Shown: in pieces, positions 25,945 to 41,320 of the stretch
Position numbering within the stretch: position 1 is the stretch's first letter
Layout of the letters: each line of letters starts with the position of its first letter
Assembly (NCBI GenBank): GCA_964016885.1
Contig: OZ024744.1
Location: forward strand, 88,288,001-88,352,000
Length of the DNA: 64,000 bases
Reading direction: 5' to 3'
DNA from: Eledone cirrhosa
Lineage: Eukaryota
Notes under the pieces: model-generated
The model's database searches: none
What the model was told of the DNA's origin: nothing
Seen by the model: the letters and a program-made list of their open reading frames with translations, nothing else
Program-made: the position numbers and the translations under genes

Positions 25945-26800
25945 GTCCCGATCGCGCGGTTAAACCACTGGGAGTGAATGACCCCTAGCCTTTGTCAGGG
26001 CATTCTTCTAGAAGCAGGCAACCCAGGAAACTGGGATAACTCCTATATAAAACCTGCGGCTCAGTAGTCACTGATGACGTTGATCTTTTCTTCTTTTCGG
26101 GTTATAGCTACTGTCACTCAGAGAGTGGGATTGGCTCAGTGCACAGACTTACCTCACTTTAAAAGAATATTTACGCACAGGCATTGCATGATAGAATTAA
26201 TTAATTGTTTCTACTTTAGGCACAAGGCCAGCAATTATCCAGTGCATTACTGGTACTTTATTTTATCGACCCCGTAAGGATGAAAGGCAAAGTCAACCTC
26301 GGCGGGATTTGAACTCAGATCGTAAAGGGACGTAACTATGCTGGAAAGTATGGCGTCCGACCCTCTACCGATACTGCCAATAGAATTAATTAATAATTAT
26401 TAATAATGGTATATCGTGCAATGGCCATACTCAATAACACCTGCAACCCTGATGGTATCCAATGATGTTGACTTGTTCTTCTTTTTGGTAAATATCATCT
26501 TGGTTAAGAGAGTGGGACTGGCTTTGTGCAGTGCCTTTGCTCACTATAAAAGCTTCACGGCACAGGCATTGCTTTATATCTGAAGATCTCTCGGCACTTG
26601 TCGTCACATAGTATCAAGGTCCCAGCACTATGTGTCAATAATTGTCACAAGTGTAGTGTTTGTACCAGAGTTTTCAAGTCGCTGGCTGGACTAACAAGTC
26701 ACACTCGTTCAGCGCATCGGTAGGGGTTCTCCTACATGGATATAAATAGTGGCCGTACTAGAAAACGAGGTGGCAGGCACCACCATGTACGTATGTATGT
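25945..26800 (+). mobile_element. RTE-derived family 2 copy (interrupted by a SINE) followed by a family 1 copy
   Basis: Homologous to 59575-60243 (reverse complement); 26435-26790 is an inverted copy of 25165-25515. Confidence 0.65.
26202..26380 (-). mobile_element. SINE with 14-bp TSD
   Basis: atagaattaattaa at 26191-26204 and 26380-26393. Confidence 0.92.
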
Positions 26801-26804
26801 ATGT

Positions 26805-27060
26805 TAGAAATTGTTGGGCTGGATACCCGATCGTTCGGTAGATCTAGTTCTGGTCATACAAAACACATGGCGGTGCCTAAAGATAGTATCCCAAAACATG
26901 ATCCCCACCAATTCTGTGGAAAGCACAACTCTCTTCTGTCACCTGTGTCGTAAAACATGCAGATCTACAGTTGGTCTACATAAGTCAGATACGAAGTCAT
27001 GGACGTCAATGGGATGATAACGAAGAATCAATAAGAGACAGCAATCGTCTGCAACCCTCA
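26805..27060 (+). mobile_element. RTE-clade LINE 3' fragment
   Basis: [15 protein letters not shown] resembles the RTE C-terminal C2H2 motif; followed by (GTAT)-like repeats. Confidence 0.6.
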
Positions 27061-27096
27061 TGTATGTACGTATGTAAATATGCATGCATGCACGTT

Positions 27097-27145
<49 letters not shown>

Positions 27146-27172
27146 GAATGTATATATATATATGTATGTATC

Positions 27173-27259
<87 letters not shown>

Positions 27260-27390
27260 GCATGTTCGTATGCATTATAATGGTCTGATGTTTATTATTG
27301 CAAAGCATTTGTCAAATAATCTCAACCAAAAATTGGTCAACAGAATTAGTACGGAGAAAGTATCCCCAGATTCTTATTATATAACATGGC

Positions 27391-27714
27391 CAAGGGCTTC
27401 GTTAGCCTTAAAAATTTGAGGGGTACAAACCAACATTTGTTGATTCTTTAAGGAGCATAAATTACTTATGGTGCCTTTCCCGGACCCTATCACATAATTA
27501 AAATTTTACGCTAATTAAATTTTATATATTCAAATGAAGTTCAGATATTTAAAAAAAATAAGCTGTAAAAGAATTTATTACATCGAATAAATAAAAAAAA
27601 TAGACGTTTCAAAAAGTGTGTGTGTCTGAGGGTGGGGGTGGGGGTACGCTTGTTCCGGGTGTGTATGTGGGGGGGGGTCTGGTCCCCTGGTACCTCCCTG
27701 AAACAAGGCCCTTG
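27391..27714. mobile_element. hAT-type MITE
   Basis: Termini caagggc/gcccttg; 8-bp flanks aacatggc/accatggc. Confidence 0.7.
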
Positions 27715-28055
27715 ACCATGGCTATGCTCTCATAATGAATGCCTGTATAGGTAATGCCACGTTTTATCTGTGATTAAAGTAATAGGATTTCCAGTCTTTT
27801 AATTTTCCCTCTTTATCAGTAGGTAGAAAATATTAATTCAATACAAATTTGATGAGTACATCAGCTGAATAATGGATCTCTGTCTACTTTCAATGAAAGG
27901 TTCCAGTGATATGAAACTTGCTTGCTTTTAAATTAGTCTATTCCATCACGGAATGGGAATATGGCTGATCTGAAATAATATGTTGAACGAAAATGATGTG
28001 AAGCAAAATGCATTATTTTGCGAAAATAGTAATATTTCATCTATTTATCTATCTA

Positions 28056-28305
28056 TCTTCTTTAAGTATCACTTTAGAAGGAGAATCAGGGTGGAGAGAG
28101 AGGCACTGCACCCCATTAAATTTACTGAAAGGTGGGTGAAAGAAGTAAAAATGGCCCGAGTGATTGGGCATTCTGTGTTTATAAGCCTGTAGGTTGAGGA
28201 AGAGAGCAAAAGGAAGAAAGGGGCACTTGCACAACACGCTCCTGGAGTTGAGTGTTGTTCTATCAACGAAGTATTAAACAACCCATTTGTGGTGCCTCCC
28301 CCCTA
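28056..28305 (+). mobile_element. Tx1 subfamily E 3' fragment flanked by (TATC)n
   Basis: FFKYHFRRRIRVEREAL...MARV*; 3'UTR matches 29880-29990. Confidence 0.85.
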
Positions 28306-28335
28306 TCTATCTATCTCTCTGTTTAAATGTCTATT

Positions 28336-28366
<31 letters not shown>

Positions 28367-28370
28367 TAAC

Positions 28371-30116
28371 TATAGGAGCCGTTTACAACCACGCGCTCCA
28401 TCCGATACGGATGAACTCTCTTCTCCATTCTATAGGTGCTGACTCTGGAGCCACTACTGCGGAAGTTGGAGCTGCTGCAGGGCATCCCGTTGGAACCGGG
28501 ACTGCGAAAAGCGGCGTCGGCTTATGCGGAGGAAGTGAAAATAATGGTGTCGGAAACCTCGGTAAACGGGGTGATCGGCAACTTACTGCAGGAATACGAA
28601 AGGCTCACAGGAGCAAAACTGAACCCGGACAAGTCTGTCGGTTTGCAACTCGGAACGTGGAGATGCAAACCGATGCCGTCCGACAACGTCGTCGGACGCT
28701 GGAAGGAGGGACCGGTGAAATTGCTCGGGGTCTGGTTCGGTCTAGACCTCCAGGTGGAGAAAAACTGGAACGAGGTCAAGGGAAAGGTATTTGCGCTCAC
28801 CCAGAAGTAGGCAGAGTGCAAACTATCCTTGAAAGGTCGAACGGAGGTGGCGAACACTTTCATAGCGTCCGTCATCTACTACCGCTTGACCGTCGTGCCT
28901 TGTCCCCGATGGAATGCATGCTCTTCCAGTTCCTTTGGAAGAAGCAGGCTCCACTGGTGAGGAGATCCGTCTGCTGTCAGCACTCTTCCAACGGAGGGCT
29001 TGGAATGCCGTGGGTGATGAGGCGCAAACTGCGCTGACGCTACCGCATCTACAGGTATTCTACACCGACCAACCGGTATGGGCACCGTTTGTGAGACAGG
29101 CCTTGCCGCAAATTGTCTCGCTGACGGAGCTGCAGTCCTGGGTCAAGCAGAGACCGAATAAGATGGGCGCCTGGCACATTGAATGCGCTCAGGCGCTCAC
29201 AGTCCTCTGTCAAGCGGGCAGGGCAATCAGTGGAGCTCCACTTCGACATTCTATAGAGGGTTAGTACGTCACAAGGGCGACAACGTGCTGGGAAAGACTC
29301 TAGGTGTTGAAGGCGACGAACTCACCAGTCCGTTTGGTAGGACTTTCCGCCCGGGACCCATGGACACCTTCCAGAGGTCCCTGGCCTGACAGTGCTACCG
29401 AGGAACACTACCAGTTCGAGATAAGATCTACAAGCACAGACGCCCCGGCAGGGATCCTTCCAAGAGGACGTGTCCAAGATGCGGGCAGGACATTGAAACC
29501 GTCTTGCATGCAACTGTACACTGCCCGGGCGTAACTGACCTGTGGAACTACGCAGAACAACTGCTGTCGTGTATAGGACAAATCCAGTTGACTGCCGAGT
29601 CCATAGTAAGGATCAAACCGCCAACTTCTTTCAAAAACGAAAGATAGGCGGTTTTCTACTGTATAGTGACTATGGTGAAAGAGGTTATATGGTGGACGAG
29701 ATCTGAAGACAGATGCCTTTCTCTCCGGACAACAACTCATTCCGTTCTTTAGGTACCACTTTAGAAGGATAATCAGGGTGGAGAGAGAGGCACTGCACCC
29801 CAGTAAATTTACTGAAAGGTGGGTGAATGTGGTAAAAATGGCCCGAGTGATTGAACCTTCTCTGTATATAAATCTGTAGGTTGAAGAGGAGAGCAAAAGG
29901 AAGAAGGGAGCACTTGTACAACACGCTCCTGAAGTTGAGGGTTGTTCTATCGACGGGGTATTAAACAACCATTTGTGGCGCCTCCTCCCTATTTGAGGAT
30001 TTCGATTGTTAAATTTGTTTGTTTCAATATTTTTACACGATTATATGTAAAATCATCGGCATGTGTCTTTGTTTCGTTCCCTTTCCTTGTGCGTCCTTGT
30101 GGCTAATAAAGAAATA
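28371..30116 (+). mobile_element. Tx1 subfamily E, 5'-truncated, disrupted ORF2
   Basis: LTLEPLLRKL, SAYAEE, LLGVWF, GGLGMPW, zinc finger; ends ccttgtggctaataaagaaat followed by atatctatct. Confidence 0.9.
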
Positions 30117-30132
30117 TATCTATCTAACTATC

Positions 30133-30249
<117 letters not shown>

Positions 30250-31109
30250 CTCTCTCTCTCGCACTGTCTCTGCCTCTCCCTCTGTCTCTCTCTCTCTCTC
30301 TTTCTCTGTTTATATATATATATGTATATATATGTGTGTGTGTGTGTGTGTGCGTGTGTGCGTATGTGTCTGTCTGTGTGTGTGTGTGTGTGTGCGTGTG
30401 TGTGTGTAACGGGTCGCTCCTATAAAGATTTAGATTGCAACTGCAAAATCAACCAGTATTTCCCAATTAAAGGAGCCTGTCACTGTGCTATACAGGGTTA
30501 GTATTTGAAGCATCTATCGTATAGATAGAGAAGAATATGTATGGCATTGCCTGAGAATATTTTAAATATCATAAACAAGCACCATCTGTATTCATTTGGT
30601 CTGGAGGTGCTGCACGCCAATAGAATGAACATGTGCATTACAAGTCTATCAGAAAAAATCCCAGCCTTTGACATCTACATATAGTTGTATTCTCGACGTT
30701 CAACTACAAAGAGGGTATGCTACGTCACTACTTTAAAACAATAGCGTAAGGTCTTCAAAATGATTTTAATTAAGCATACAGTGTATTGCAAAATACACTA
30801 TATATACATTCATATATATATATCGCTATTTCAGAGCACCAATTGTAATTTTCAATTTTTGCTGGACCGGCAACCGCTCTGTATAATCAGTTCCTGATTA
30901 TTACTGGAATTCTATAAGAATCCAACATTCATAATTTTCAGCAAACAGGAGTGTGGTGAGCTTTGATAAGTACCAACAAGTACGAAACAGAGCTCTGTCA
31001 GCTTATCTCCCCTGTTTGCTAATAATTGAAGTAAGTGACACTGTCACTACTTTGAAACAAGGTCTTCAAAATGATTTTAATTAAGCATATTGTGTCTCTA
31101 CCATCAAAG

Positions 31110-31192
31110 TCTCTACCACCGGTAATTTCGTTCCACTTTTTGGATATACCCCGTCTTCGATAAATCCACGAGGCTCAGAACTCATCAGGAGA
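31110..31192 (-). ncRNA. Penelope-type hammerhead ribozyme
   Basis: tctc-CTGATGA-gttc...gaac-GAAA-ttaccggtg-GTA-gaga; near-palindromic stem III. Confidence 0.7.
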
Positions 31193-31464
31193 TACCCCAG
31201 ACTGGACTAAGTTTCTTCTACCATGATCCCTGCCAGAAATGAATTCAAGAACCATCACGTGGCCAGTGGTCAAGGCAGAAAGTTTCTGATTGGTGCCTAT
31301 CGGCGAGTAGGCTGGTTACTAGAAAGCGCAGCCGAATACTGTCTAAAGTTTTACTCAACATTACGTGAGTATATATTAAATTCAAAGGGTATATATATAA
31401 AATTAGACATAGTGACAGATACATATATGAGTGTGGCAACCATTCATGGTATACATATATAACA

Positions 31465-31650
31465 AAGAAAGTGTGGTAAAATACCAGGTGGACCATAGCG
31501 CACCAGAGTACTCGATACTAAGGGTGGTTGAGTGGGTAATAGGAAAAGAGTCAGGACCCCGACGGCTGAGCCGACAGTTAAATCCGAACTCTGAGTTCGG
31601 ATCTAGCTGTCGAAACGGCCGGAGCTCAGCCGTCGGCGTCCTGACACTTT
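31465..31650. repeat. palindromic dispersed repeat with nested hairpins
   Basis: cgacggctgagc...cgacag..atccgaac/gttcggat..ctgtcg...gctcagccgtcg. Confidence 0.8.
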
Positions 31651-31750
31651 AAAGGTATGACTCTCTTTATTATTATTATTTTTTATATGAGGGAGACCAT
31701 CACCATTCTATTAATGTCGATATAATACTTATATCGATATTATATGGGCA

Positions 31751-31874
31751 TCCACTGATGAGTTTATAAGAGACCGCTTGTGTATAAAACTATGGATTAT
31801 ATACAAGTTTCTACATAACCTGGAAATTATTTATCACAAATTGTAAAAATCTTATAACGAAACGGCCGTCTGGA
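31751..31874 (+). ncRNA. Penelope-type hammerhead ribozyme with expanded stem II
   Basis: tcca-CTGATGA-g(t)ttataaga...tcttataac-GAAA-cggcc-GTC-tgga; palindromic acggccgt stem III. Confidence 0.78.
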
Positions 31875-32049
31875 AGGAAAGAGATATTTATTTAATAATG
31901 TCTCATATAAAATAATACAACCAACTATCCACGAAATACTGATTAGTTAGCACCCCAAACACTAAATTGGGATAATACTTAAGTATATCCTAATGTTTGT
32001 TGAGTGAGATGGAGTTGGTCGGAGTATCGCTTAAGGCTTTCTCTGTTTA

Positions 32050-34210
<2,161 letters not shown>

Positions 34211-34983
34211 ATATTACGAGAAGAAAAGTAAGAAAAAATGATAAAAATGAGTGATATAATAGGAGAGAGAGAAAGAGAGTGAAAGAGAGAGAGAGGGTGA
34301 GAGAGTGAGCGAAAAATAGACGAAAGCGAGAAATAAACAAAAGAGAGTCGAAGATAAACAGTTGATATAGAGAAATTGATAAATAGAAAAATAGAATCAG
34401 CTAGAAAGAGATAGAGATAGATAGAGAAAGGGGAAGAGTGAGGTGGCTGGATCAAGAGAGGTGGGGGTATTAATATGAAGACAAACAGACCAAAGTACAT
34501 GAAGATGAATTGTTAGATAAGTAGAGAAAAATATGGTTGAACACGAAGGAAATGGAGAAGGAAAAGGATAAAACAAGTGATGCCAATAGTGAAAAACAGA
34601 CAAGCAAAATGGCGGACACAGAATGAGAAGAATTGATCATCCGCGACTCAATCGCCGTGTCATATGAATAAACAGAATGAAATCAGCGGGATGAGCATTC
34701 TGACCTCTGCAAATGGAAGTCAATTGTGGACAAAAATTACAGTATTTTACGCTGAGTCGTTCCACGTCTTTTCACCCACTCCTATTAACGCAACATCCTT
34801 TATCACCTCCACCTCACCACCACCAACAACAACAACACTATCAACCACAGCCCCAACTACACTACCACCTCACCTACCCGATTTCTGTATAAAAAGAAAA
34901 AAATATGCACACACATACACAAATAGCAAAAGAACTTCGTGTTGATTATGCTGTCCTCTTGAGATAAGAAAATAAATAATTGT

Positions 34984-35430
34984 AATAATTGTTTCTACTT
35001 TAGGCACAAGGCCAGCAAATATCCAGTGCATTACTGGTACTTTATTTTATCGACCCCGTAAGGATGAAAGGCAAAGTCAACCTCGGCGGGATTTGAACTC
35101 AGATAAATAATTGTAATAATGACTTTAGTGAAGGCGGCAGTCAGTTACAGGAACTAAAGTATTTGACTGGTATTTACATCAGGAAGTAAAGGGACGTAAC
35201 TAAGTACTGAAAAGAATTTTGTCCAACGCTTATTTCCAATTGTGAATAATAATGGTTTCTTATATAGGCACAAGGCCAGCAATTGGGGGGGGGGGGGGAG
35301 TCGATAAAATCGACCCCAGTGCGTGACTGGTACTTTATTTTATCGACCCCGTAAGGATGAAAGGCAAAGCTACCCTCGACAAATTTGAACTCAGAACGTA
35401 ACTATTTACCATTACTGCCAATCTACCGCA
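34984..35430 (-). mobile_element. SINE copies (34984-35103 with TSD; longer variant at 35245-35430)
   Basis: ataaataattgtaataat flanks the first copy on both sides. Confidence 0.85.
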
Positions 35431-35699
35431 CTGAGTAAATAATAGATAACTTTAGGAAATAAGAAAGAATGACAGGAAAAAAATAATGAACAAAAATATA
35501 AAAAGAAAATATCCCAAACTGCTCGACAACTAGTGATACTGTTGCATACATCGACATGCACAACTCGGAATTACTCTGATACGCAGAAAACAAATACCTT
35601 CTCCCAGTTTTTCCAACAAATTTACAACCACATGGATAGTAAGTAGTAAACTATTTAGCTACAACAATCATTTCAGTCTCACCCATTTTCCATAAAATT

Positions 35700-36282
35700 C
35701 CTTTAAGAATAGCGTCTCTTTTCACTGCACTAACGCTCATTATCAAATAGTACTTGAAGAAGCCAATGAAAGCTAAACTTTAGAGGAAATTCTTTTCCTA
35801 AACTGTTCAAATGCGCATGATACAATTTCGTCTGCCATCGCCAGCGGGCGGATGAAGGCTCCCTGTTCATTCTTCTCATTCTATGTCCGCCATTTTGCCT
35901 GTCTGTTTTTTCACTTTGGCATAATTTGTTTTATCCTTTTCCTTCTCCTTTTCCTTCGTGTTCAACCATATTTTTCTCTACTTGGGTCCAATTTTCATGA
36001 TAGATTAGGGTATCTACCAGATTCATTCACCATTCTCCATTAATTTCGCTTAAGGAAAGCATCTCTTTTTACTACACTAACGTTCATCATCAAATAGTAT
36101 TTGAAGAAACTGATGAAAGCTAAATCTTCTTTCCCTAAACTGTTCAAATGCGTCCATGACACAACTTAGTCTGCCACAGTCAGCGGGCAGATGAAGGCTC
36201 CCTGTTCATTCTTGCTGAAAGAATATGATGGGTCCAATTTTCATGATAACTTAGAGCGTCTACCATATTCGTTCACCATGTT
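35700..36282. repeat. diverged tandem duplication (35700-36035 / 36050-36282)
   Basis: Shared cactaacg..atcaaatagta..ctaaactgttcaaatgcg..gatgaaggctccctgttcattct..gggtccaattttcatgata. Confidence 0.85.
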
Positions 36283-36777
36283 CTGCATATACCTGAAAAC
36301 TAGCCATGCATAAATACTGAACGTGTGGTTGGATGAAGGTTTCGCTGCACCATACCCATTGCATGATTTATTCCGAATAAACAATTTATATTAATACTGC
36401 TAGATCACTGATATGTTCATAATCACGGACAAGAAAGCCGTGCAGTACAAATTACTTAGATTAACGGTACCGATGCTCAGAATTGTTTCCGAGTCTTCGT
36501 TACTCGTACACTGCATTGGCCCTCTATAAATGTCACGGATTAACGATAACCCGAGCGCTTTAACAAACTATTAAACTGTAGTAAGCACCTGGCAACATTG
36601 CAAGTCACAATTGCATAATATCGGTCTGCCCGCTCATGACCAGCGACTGAAACCCAAGCAAAGGGATGAAATGCTTAAAGATATATCACACTTTTTAAAG
36701 ATATATCGTTCTAAAGATATATCATTTCTTTTTGACGAATAAATGAGGTAAATTTTAACCTGTTAACTTACACTTCA

Positions 36778-36858
<81 letters not shown>

Positions 36859-36871
36859 TGTTTATATATAT

Positions 36872-36902
<31 letters not shown>

Positions 36903-36903
36903 A

Positions 36904-36962
<59 letters not shown>

Positions 36963-37279
36963 CATATATATATCCAGGGAGTGTAACTTAAAGTTACTGT
37001 AGATTAATCCACGTGAGCAGTCGATGTATTATGTTCACGTCTGTAGCGAGGTGTAGAACTAAACAGAGTGTAAATATAATATTACAAGGACGATTTGTTA
37101 TGCCTTCATTACGTTTATTGATTAATTACAAGTGCAGAAGTCCGGTGAGATTTTGATTCCAGGGTCGGGCCCGATCGATACAGATCGTACCTTGAGCTCA
37201 TCAATAACGAAACGGGCGTTACCAATCGATAAACACAATGAAAGGATAACAAATCGTCCTTGTATTACTATTATTATTT

Positions 37280-37467
37280 GGATTGGCAGTATCGGTAGAG
37301 AGTCGGACGCCATTCTTTGACGCATGGAGTTACGGCCCTTGCCATTCTGAGTTCAAATCCCGCCGAGGTTAACTTTGCTTTTCAACCTTACGGGGTCGAT
37401 AAAATCAAGTACCAGTAATGTACTGGGTAATTGCTCGCCTTGTGCCAAAAGTAGAAACAATTATTAA
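37280..37467 (+). mobile_element. SINE at the head of the right array
   Basis: SINE body; its attatt tail runs directly into a Tx1 fragment. Confidence 0.9.
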
Positions 37468-38321
37468 TGGCAGTGCTACCGGGGGGGGGGGGGGGGGGGG
37501 GGCTCACTGTCAGTTCGGGATAAACTCTACAAGCACGGAATTGCTGTCAGACGGAACTGCCCATGATGCGCACAGAACGACGAAACCGTTCTGCACGCAC
37601 TTATCCGATACCCGTGCATTACTGAGGTATGTCGAACAGCTACTGTCGCGTATGGAACGAATCCGGCTATCGGCCGAGTCCATAGTGAAGATCGACCCGC
37701 CGCCTTCCTTAGGTCAGAAAGAGCAGGCAATGTTGCTCTGTCTGGTGACAGTTGCGAAAGAGATTATATGGTGGACCAGATTGAAAGGACTGAAGACAGA
37801 CACTTTTCTCTTCGGCCAATCCCTCGTCAACATCTTCAAGTTTCACCTGGAAAGGAAGGTGAGGGTGGAGAGAGAAGTGCTGCCCCCAGTACATTTGCTG
37901 AAAGGTGGATGAATGTGGCAAGAATGGCCCGTGTGAATGGGCCTACTCTGACCATGCACCTATAGGCTAGCTAACTTGAGGAGAGGGGTGCTCTCCTTGG
38001 GTGCCCTAGAAGCGCAGGGTGGTTCATGATTGGTGGGGTACCCGAGTCACCCCAGGGTCGTCCACCCCCTAGGGGGGAATTTATTTTGTTATATTTATGC
38101 ATAGTTTATTTTATATTTTCAATATCTTCATTGTTAAATTAGTCTTGGCATTGTGCACTTTTACTCGACCTTACTGTAAACTCCCACTGTCCCTGTCTTT
38201 GTATTGTCCTCTACATGTCGGCCCTTGTGGCTAATAAATGAAATCATTATTATCAGTATTATTGTCTCCTACATGTCGGCCCTTTTGGCCAATAAATGAA
38301 ATCATTATTATTATTATTATT
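37468..38321 (+). mobile_element. Tx1 subfamily D 3' fragment plus a re-copy of the terminal ~45 bp
   Basis: WQCYRG...TLTMHL*, 3'UTR, AATAAA, (ATT)n; terminal segment repeated at 38258-38321. Confidence 0.9.
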
Positions 38322-38329
38322 GTAGGTTA

Positions 38330-41320
38330 GGACCGGGTTACTGGAAGCTGAACATGTCATTTCCGGCACGTAAGGCTTACAGGGACCGAGTCAATAAGTT
38401 AGTTAAGCAAAAGTTGACAGGAGGGATCATAAACAACAGATGGTGGGGGGCTCTCAAAAGAGAGATTAGAGTAACTTCGATAGAGTTCAGCAAAGAACTA
38501 GCGTTAGAGAAAAATAGAAAGGAGGGGGAGCTGGTAGATAAGTTAGACGAGGCTATTTGTAGTGGCATCGCAACTGACGTGCTAGCGGCGAGAATGGCAT
38601 TAGACCATTTCTTCAATGCCAAACACGAAGGTTGCATTGTCAGAGCTATGGCGCGTGCGCTGAGAAACGAGGGAACTAAAGCTGTTCGATGGGCCCGCGT
38701 GGCGGAGGCGCAGCGTGGTAATAAAACCACAATTCGGTCTTTGGCGGACCGAGACGGACACGAGATAAGCGATTCCAAGCGGATGTGTGAGGCCTTTCGC
38801 CAGCACTTTGCTCGGTTGTTCGGGGAGAGTGGCGAGTCAGAGAGAGTAGCGGATTTCAGTCCCTACCTTGACGGCTTGCCGCGCATCTCGACGGTCGACG
38901 CTGAGCGCTGCGAAAGGCCGATTACTTCAGCCGAAATTCTTGACGCCCTTGTCGGCTGCATGAGGCGCAAGTCACCCGGCTTGGATGACCTGCCCTACGA
39001 GCTTTACGTAAATATGCCAGACTTGTTCTCCGAACTCCTCGAAGCACTCTACTGTAACTGGCAGCAGAATGGGAGTATTCCCAGTTCTGTGAGCAGGGGA
39101 GTGGTGACGCTGATAAGGAAAGACGAGAACAAGAGGGATACATTAGACAACTTCAGGCCCATAACTCTGCTCAACACAGAGTTTAAGATTTTGGCCAAGG
39201 TGTTAGCAAAGAGATTGGCGCTTGTCGTCGAGGATTTGGTTGGGGAGGCGCAAACTTGCGCAATCCCAGCCAGGTCCATATACGACAATCTCCACCTCAT
39301 GCGATACATCATAGAGAGGGTAGGGTGTAAACCTGGCTTCGGTGGGACACTGATCAATTTAGATTAATCGAAAGCATTCGATAGGGTCGACCATCGTTAT
39401 CTGGAGTTTGTCCTCAAAGCAGCTGGTTTCGGCCCTGCCTTTAGAAGCTGGATCGTTGCAATGCACAGCGGCACACGCTCAGTGGTCAAGGTTAATGGCC
39501 ACCTCTCGGAACCATTTCGGCTCTCGCGATCGGTCCGTCAAGAGTTCCCTCTCTCTTCCCTTCTGTACGTATTGACTCTCGAGCCTTTACTGCGGAAGCT
39601 GGAGCTGTTGCAGGGCATCCCGCTCGAACCGGGACGTGGAAAGGCGGTGTCGGCTTATGCGGAGGACATCACCGTGATGGTGTCGAACACCTCAGAAATC
39701 GAGGTGGTCGGCACCTTATTGAAGGAATATGAAAGGTTGACAGGAGCCAAACTTAACCCGGAAAAGTCGGTGGGCTTGCAGCTCGGAACCTGCAGAGGCA
39801 AGCCCATGCCGTCCAACAGCGTCGTGGGGCGCTGGACGGACGGACCAGTAAAGTTGCTCGGGGTTTGGTTCGGACCAGACCTCCAGGTGGAAAAGAATTG
39901 GGACGAGGTAACGAGCTGAGTATCCAGTCTCACCCAAAAATGGGCTGGGAGGAAGCTATCACTGAAAGGTCGCGTGGAGGTGGCGAATGCGTACATCGCG
40001 TCCGTCATCTATTACCGCCTAACCGTCGTGCCTTGCCCCCGTCCGCGCCTCGTCAAGTTGGAACGGCTCCTCTTCAAATTCTTGTGGAGGGGACAAGTTC
40101 CGTTGGTGAGGCGGTCCATCTGCTGCCAGCACCCTCTACGCGGAGGGCTGGGCATGCCGTGGCTAATGATGCGCAGATATGCGTTGAGGCTGCGACATCT
40201 CCAGATATTCTGCCTCAATGGTGAACAGGTGTGGTCGCCGTTTATCAGACGGGCCTTTCCACAGCTCATTTCTTTGACTGAGCTGCAGTCCTGGGTCAAG
40301 AAGAGACCGAGACTGGGTGACTGGCACCTGGAATGTTGCCAGGCACTCACTGCCCTCTACCAAGCGGGCAATGCGATCAGTGGAACTTCCACTCTCGAGT
40401 TCTATAGAGGATTAGTGGTGGGCAAGTGCGATGACGCACTCGGGGAAGCTTTGGGCCTCGACGAAGTCGAACTGACCAGTCTGTACCGGAGGACTTTTGA
40501 GCCGGGGACGATGGACAATTTCCAGAAATCCCTCGCTTGCCAGTGCTACCGGGGGGCACTGCCGGTTCGGGATAAACTCTACAGGCACGGAAGTGCTGTC
40601 AGACGGACCTGCCCAAGATGCGCACAGAACGACGAAACCGTTCTGCACGCACTTGTCCAATGTCCGTGCATTACTGAATGTGGAGTTATGTCGAACAGCT
40701 ACTGTCGCGTGTGGAACGAATCCAGTTATCGGCCGAGTCCATAGTGAAGATCGAGCCGCCACCTTCCTTAGGTCAGGAAGAGCAGGAAATTTTCCTCTGT
40801 CTGGTGGCAGTTGCGAAAGAGATTATATGGTCGACCAGGTTGAAAGGACTAAAGACAGACACTTTTCTCTTCGGCCAATCCCTCATCAACTTCTTCAAGT
40901 TTCACCTGGAAAGGAGGGTGAGGGTGGAGAGAGAAGTGCTTCCCCCCAGTACATTTGCTAAAAGGTGGGTGAATGTGGCGAGAATGGCTCGTGTGAATGG
41001 GCCTACTCTGACCATGCGCCTATAGGCTAGCTAACTTGAGGAGAGGGGTGCTCTCCTGGGTGCCCTAGAAGCGCAGGGTGGATCAGGATTGGTGGGGTAC
41101 CCGAATCACCCCAGGGTTGTCCACCCCCTATCGGGGAATTTATTTTGTTATATTTTGCATAGTTTATTTTATATTTTATATTTTCATTGTTAAATTAGTC
41201 TTGCCATTGTGCACTTTTACTCGACCTTATTGTAAACCCCCACTGTCCCTGTCTTTGTATTGTCCCCTACATGTCGGGCCTTGTGGCTAATAATTGAAAT
41301 CATTATTATTATTGTTATTT
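38330..41320 (+). mobile_element. Tx1 subfamily D, 5'-truncated at GPGYWKLN; near-complete RT to zinc finger with few lesions
   Basis: ORFs 38354-39367, 39461-39919, 39974-40744, 40678-41025; SAYAED; CPRCAQNDETVLHALVQC; (ATT)n tail. Confidence 0.95.

Noticed and set aside
38354-41025. Possible active autonomous LINE
   Set aside because: 5'-truncated, with stops at about 39365 and 39917, a frameshift near 40680, and YAED in place of YADD.
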